Shown: in pieces, positions 59,345 to 64,000 of the stretch | How positions within the stretch are numbered: position 1 is the stretch's first letter | Layout: every line of letters begins with the position of its first letter | NCBI RefSeq assembly: GCF_030028105.1 | Contig: NC_092382.1 | Location: 100,146,699 to 100,210,698 of the forward strand | DNA: 64,000 nt | DNA from: Mobula birostris | Taxonomy: Eukaryota | Direction of reading: 5' to 3' | Notes under the pieces: model-generated | Database searches by the model: none | What the model saw: the letters and a program-made list of their open reading frames with translations, nothing else | Told to the model about the DNA's origin: nothing | Translations under genes and position numbers: made by a program

Positions 59345-59930
59345 TTCTCTCGCTCGCTCTTACCCCCCCCCGCCCCCATCTGAGTTGTCTCTATCATCCA
59401 GCGACGCGGGTTCTGTGTCAGGAGTTTGTGAGTTTTTCCCGTCACGGTACAGTTTTCCTTGTCGTGCTCCAGTTTCCTCCCAAATTCCAACGACCTGCAG
59501 TTTAGTAGATGGTTTCGCCTTGTCCTACTCAGCAACCAGTCTCTCTGTCAGTCAGTCCAGTCCATCTGACTTTCTACCCATCTGCCCGTGTGCGCAGGTA
59601 TATATTTTTAAACAACACACATAAAACGCTGGAGGTCAGACAGCTTCTACAGAAATGAATGGACAGCCGATATTTCGGGCCGGGATAAAAAGTTGGGCAG
59701 ACGATTAAGCCAGGTGTGATGGAAAGACTCCTGACTTAACCCTGGAGTGGTATCCTTTGACAGGACAACAGAGTGGACCATAGTGGACAGGGTAGGGGGA
59801 AGGCATTTCAGGGGCAGTGAATGGAAGGTCTGCAGAGGTGAAAGGTCAGAGTGGAGGACAGAGCAGGTGGGCTGGAAGGAGTGATCGATATTCATGCCGT
59901 CAGATTGGAGGCTACACAGCTGAAATACGA

Positions 59931-61486
59931 CTTATTGTTCCTCCAAACTTAGAGAGACTTAGGGCCTTGCTGGCCAATTATGGTATAGTGTCGGGCTACA
60001 AAATAAATTGGAATAAAAGTGAAAATCTACCTTTCGGTAAAGGAGAATATGCCCAATATCAATATGGTACTCAGTTTAGATGGGTAAAATTCAACCTGAA
60101 ATATCTGGGGATTAAGTTTAATCGTAATTTGGATGATCTTTATAAACGTAATTATCTCCCCTTGCTGCGGAATGTCGAGGAGGACCTACGTAGGCGGATA
60201 AACCTTCCCAACACACTGATGGGCAGGGTAAACTGTATAAAAATGAAGATAATGCTGAGACTTCAATATATTTTTTTTTCAGTCTTTACCTATCCCACTA
60301 CACAATAATTTTTTTTTAGGATTCTCAATGGACATATTCGTTTACTGTTATGGTCGGGTAAAATATCTAGAATCTCCATGGAAACGTTGACCTGGGACTA
60401 TAAATTGGGAGGGTTAAAATTACCAGATTTAAAAAAATATTATTCAGCTTCACAAGCACGTTTTATTGCTTCTTTTTTTGATGAGACAACTATTCCTTCT
60501 TGGGTTACAATTGGCTTACATATGGTAGGAGAAGAGATGGCAGAGGAATTTATATAGAACTGGGACGCCAAATTAAATAATAAGAAAACAAATAATTCTC
60601 CACTGAGACAGGTAATTTATATCTGGGAAATAAATTAAACAATTTATGGGTCTAAAAAAGGAATATCCTCAAGGACGCCCCTATCTCAGAACAGATTAAT
60701 ACCCATGACTCTGGGTAATAATTTTCTAGTCACCTGGTATCAACACGGTATCAGGCGCATTGAAGATTGTTATAATCAGCAGAAGAAATTTCTGTCTTTT
60801 GAGGGACTGAAAAATAGATATAATTTATCTAATAACACATTCTTCTGCGATCTCCAATTACGATCTGTTTTGAGGGACTGTTTGGGTCCATCACTGACCG
60901 TACCAAGGTGCTCAGACATGGAGGCTCTAATTCGAAAGGGGAATACGACTAAACTTATTTCTAATATGTATTCTTTATTCCAGGAGCAATGCCCAAAGTT
61001 TGGTATGCACAGATCGAAGGAGAGATGGGAGTCGGATTTGGGCATTGTGATTGATCATCAATGTTGGTCACATCCACGTTTGGACAGTGTTACCATTCTT
61101 ATCAACTCTAGACACAGAATGATACGTATTAATTTTTTACATCAGTTTTACCTCACACTAGAAAAAAATACATAAAAATAAACCAGAAATTTCTGGCAAG
61201 TGTTTCAGGAGCAGTAAAGATGTAGGCACCATTTTACATTCCACTTGGCTATGCACGAAACTGAGATCTTTTTGGATAGATCTCGGGGAGGTAATGGGAA
61301 AGTTTCTGGGGGTTGATTTCCCTCTAGACCCAGAATTGCTTCTCCTGCGGAACTTAGCAGTTTTAAAAGTTAACCTCCTCAGAAATAAATCCAAATTTAT
61401 CAATGGCGTTGTCAGTAACCAGGAAATGCATAGCGGTTACATGGCAATCCGATTCCCTTGGTACATATTGATCGTTGGAATAAAGA
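59931..61486 (+). mobile_element. L1-clade LINE ORF2 internal fragment
   Basis: GYKINWNKSE..KYLGIKF..LMGRVNCIKM; later ERWESDLG..INFLHQFYLT; frameshifted; no poly-A seen. Confidence 0.9.
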
Positions 61487-61769
61487 ATGGAAGGATAAGA
61501 AGAGACAGATGGAAGGACGTCATCTGATAAAAGAGCGGAACGGGGTGAATAGACATGGATACCGGGGGCAATTGAGAACGAAGCAATAAGGTAGATTCAA
61601 GACTGGCGGACATTGAATCGTGGACAAAGTTGGAATGGAACGGAGAACAACCCATTTCGATGGGTTAGATCGTGAGGCAAATGAGAAAAGAAAGCGAGAA
61701 TAATAAATATATATTTGGCACACTTCACTCACAGTGGAGGAGGAGGATCAGTTGCAGCAACAGAAACAT
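61487..61769 (-). pseudogene. Orphan leader exon and partial intron; V exon replaced by L1 fragment
   Basis: Leader 61769-61733 MFLLLQLILLLH + GTGAGT; intron matches those of V46/V51 down to about 61487, then L1 sequence. Confidence 0.85.
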
Positions 61770-63272
61770 GTTTTTTGGGCGGTTCTTCTCTCAGTGCTGG
61801 AAGAGATGTGTACAGCAGCAATGACGCTACTGCCTTCAATTTCACTCTGAATTTACGTGACTCTCTGAAATAATGTTTCTTGCGCTATTAGGATATGTCA
61901 CTCCTCCTTTCTCTCTGATCCGATCGGAGTGGTTTTGTCTCTTAATTCCACCGCCCAATCCCCGCCCCAAATCTCGCTGCAGTTGTTTCTGTCCCCTGAC
62001 ATCCTCCCAAACTCCTCTCTCTATCTCTTAGAGTCGGATTTGTCCTCACTTCCTTGTACGCGAGCCCTCCGTCCTCTCACTCTCTTGCTCCCGTAATGTT
62101 TAATTCCATTCTTGCTGACCCGCTCCCTGCTCGACCTCATATATATATGTATGTATGTAAATCTGTCCTACCACTCGTTGATTGCCTTTTACCCTTGTAA
62201 ATTGATCTACTACCTCTCCTACTGTATATCCCTGTCAACATATGTGACCTACACCTTTTGTCTGTTTGTCTGTCTCTATGTTGGCCTGTGCGCCTGTTCG
62301 TCCAACCGGTAATCGATCTACCTATCTGTCTGTCAGAATGGATCTGTCCAATTTCGTGTGAGATGTCCCTAATTACCCGTCTCAAATCAGACTGAATGAC
62401 CACCGACGAAAACTCTCTTTCTCCCTTGTTTCTTCTTGCTGTTCCTCGTCCCCGCCGCTTCCTTGACATACACACCCTACCCGACTCTTCTCTGTTTCTC
62501 TCTGCATCCGTCCATCTGTTTGTCTCTGAGACTCTGATCTCGGTAACTGACTGACATTCAGGAGTAGCGGTGGTGAGACTCAATACTGGGACCGACCACA
62601 GCGCCCTGATCTCCGCGGATACCCCTGAGATCCGTCATTCATCAATTGACCTGCAGATAGCGCAGCGAAACCAGCTGTCCACTGGCCGGTCACAGCATCT
62701 TCGTTATAATTTTTGTGCTGGGGGAGGAATGATCCGCTGGTGAAAAGGAACCGTGTGAGGAACAGGGACAAAAATGAAGGGGGGGTGGCGGAAGATGAGA
62801 GAGTATGCGAGAACTACTATTCCTCTGTTCCGGTGTACTCCCTGCCATATGGTTGTAAATCTACATCCCTCCGAGCTATAAAAGTCCCCAGCATTCATAT
62901 AATTTCTCCTACCCTTATAAACTGACGTAGATCTGCACCTCGATATACCCCCTCTCTCCAATACTAACATGCCTGCTCTTCTTGTTCACTGAGACCCCTG
63001 TCCCTGGACACTTTCCAACCTTCATGGCGCGCGTCCTAACTTTACATCCCGAGGACCCTCTGTCACTTGACTCTCCCCACCATTCCTGGTGAGTCCGTGG
63101 TCCTTCTACACCGTGGTCCCTCTGTCTCCGGACACTCCTCACCGTTCACGGTGTGTGTCTTACGCTTGTACCTCGAGGTCCCTCTGCTCCCTCAGCACGT
63201 CCCGTCATAATATGTGTCCTTTTCTCATACCCCCAAGTCCCACTGTCCATCGATGCACCCAACATGCAAGGC

Positions 63273-64000
63273 GTGCGCTCCACATTTGCCCGCCGAGAGG
63301 TGTCTTTTCATCAACCCTCCCCGCCATTTTCCTTGTGTCTCTACCCTCGTACACAGTGGGCTCGGGTACTCAGCGAGGAAATCTGCGTGTTTATCATTCT
63401 GCTCCGCCGCCTGTCTGTCTGCTCATCTCGGAAACTGACACAGACTCAGCGACACAGCCGTAGCTACAAACAAATACAGACAAACAACTATATAGAGATA
63501 AAGATAGAGGGCCAAGGGGCGGGGTGGGAGGGGATAGAGAAGCAGCAGGAGCGCGTGCCAGAGATAGACACGGGGGACACAAGAGACTATTTCTGGTTCA
63601 TTTCGGATCCTTCTGATACGTACCAACTGTCCTTCTCCGAGCAATAAGATGGTTGTACGCTGCTCTCTTGTGTCCCTCATGTCTATCTATGGCACGCGTT
63701 CCTGCTGCTTCTCTAACGGCTGACATTTGCACTCTCTATCCCCTCCCACCCCGCCCCTTGGCCCTCTATCTTTATCTCTATATTGTTGTTTGTCTGTATT
63801 TGTTTGTAGCTGCGGCTGTGTCGCTGAGTCTGTGTCGGTTTCTGAGATGAGCAGACAGACAGGCGGCGGAGCAGAATGATAAACACGCAGATTTCCTCGC
63901 TGAGTACCCGAGCCCACTGTGTACGAGGGTAGAGACACAAGGAAAATGCCGGGAAGGGTTGATGAAAAGACACCTCTCGGTGGGCAGATATGGAGCGCAC
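63273..64000. repeat. Long inverted repeat (fold-back): arms 63273-63586 and 63664-64000, 77-nt spacer; arms probably extend beyond the window edge
   Basis: 63991-64000 is the reverse complement of 63273-63282 and the arms pair throughout except for a ~22-nt indel. Confidence 0.92.

Larger units (their letters stand above)
1..64000. other. TRB: T-cell receptor (probably beta) V-segment cluster, cartilaginous fish; no D, J or C in window
   Basis: About 24 leader-intron-V-23RSS units or relics. V ends YFCAWS (like mammalian TRBV30) or FCACSS (TRBV CASS-like). 23-bp RSS is shared by all TCR V classes, so the beta call rests on protein similarity recalled from memory, not on a search. Confidence 0.85.

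Noticed and set aside
1-64000. D, J or C segments, 12-RSS, trypsinogen or other flanking genes
   Set aside because: No 12-spacer RSS pair or FGXG J motif with donor found by eye; every GGTTTTTGT-type hit examined belongs to an inverted V. Gaps could hide small segments.

Overview
Vertebrate genomic DNA, most likely a cartilaginous fish (probably a ray; inferred from HE1/V-SINE-like, CR1, Rex1 and Penelope-like repeats). The window is the V-segment region of a T-cell receptor locus, best matching TCR beta. I can delimit about 24 V segments or relics. Each complete one has a 37-nt leader exon, a GT-AG intron, a V exon and a heptamer/23-bp spacer/nonamer RSS. Nine look fully intact (ATG at 1175, 13060, 14998, 20590, 27066, 30095, 34019 on +; 46635 and 58567 on -). 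Two have open V exons with a single crippling feature (43032: TAC heptamer; 55990: Trp41->Arg, leader unclear). The rest are pseudogenes, stubs or an orphan leader. Most belong to an expanded TRBV30-like family A (..YFCAWS); three dead copies belong to a second family B (..CACSS-type). The left half is mainly + strand; 42-62 kb is a triplicated - strand cassette; the window ends in a fold-back inverted duplication. No D, J or C segments and no flanking genes were seen. The most interesting unexplained structure is non-coding: V segments carry class-specific elements at fixed distances 3' of the RSS (a PBX/PREP-type CTGTCAATCA module 48-50 nt after the nonamer in plus-strand family A including very divergent members, a CTCF-like motif about 40 nt after it in family B, a CRE+CCAAT module at 69 nt in the inverted cassette), plus oriented CTCF motifs across the locus. 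All motif-function assignments are inference. Three N gaps are present, so single-base frameshifts may be assembly errors. Coordinates were counted by hand; repeat boundaries are approximate.
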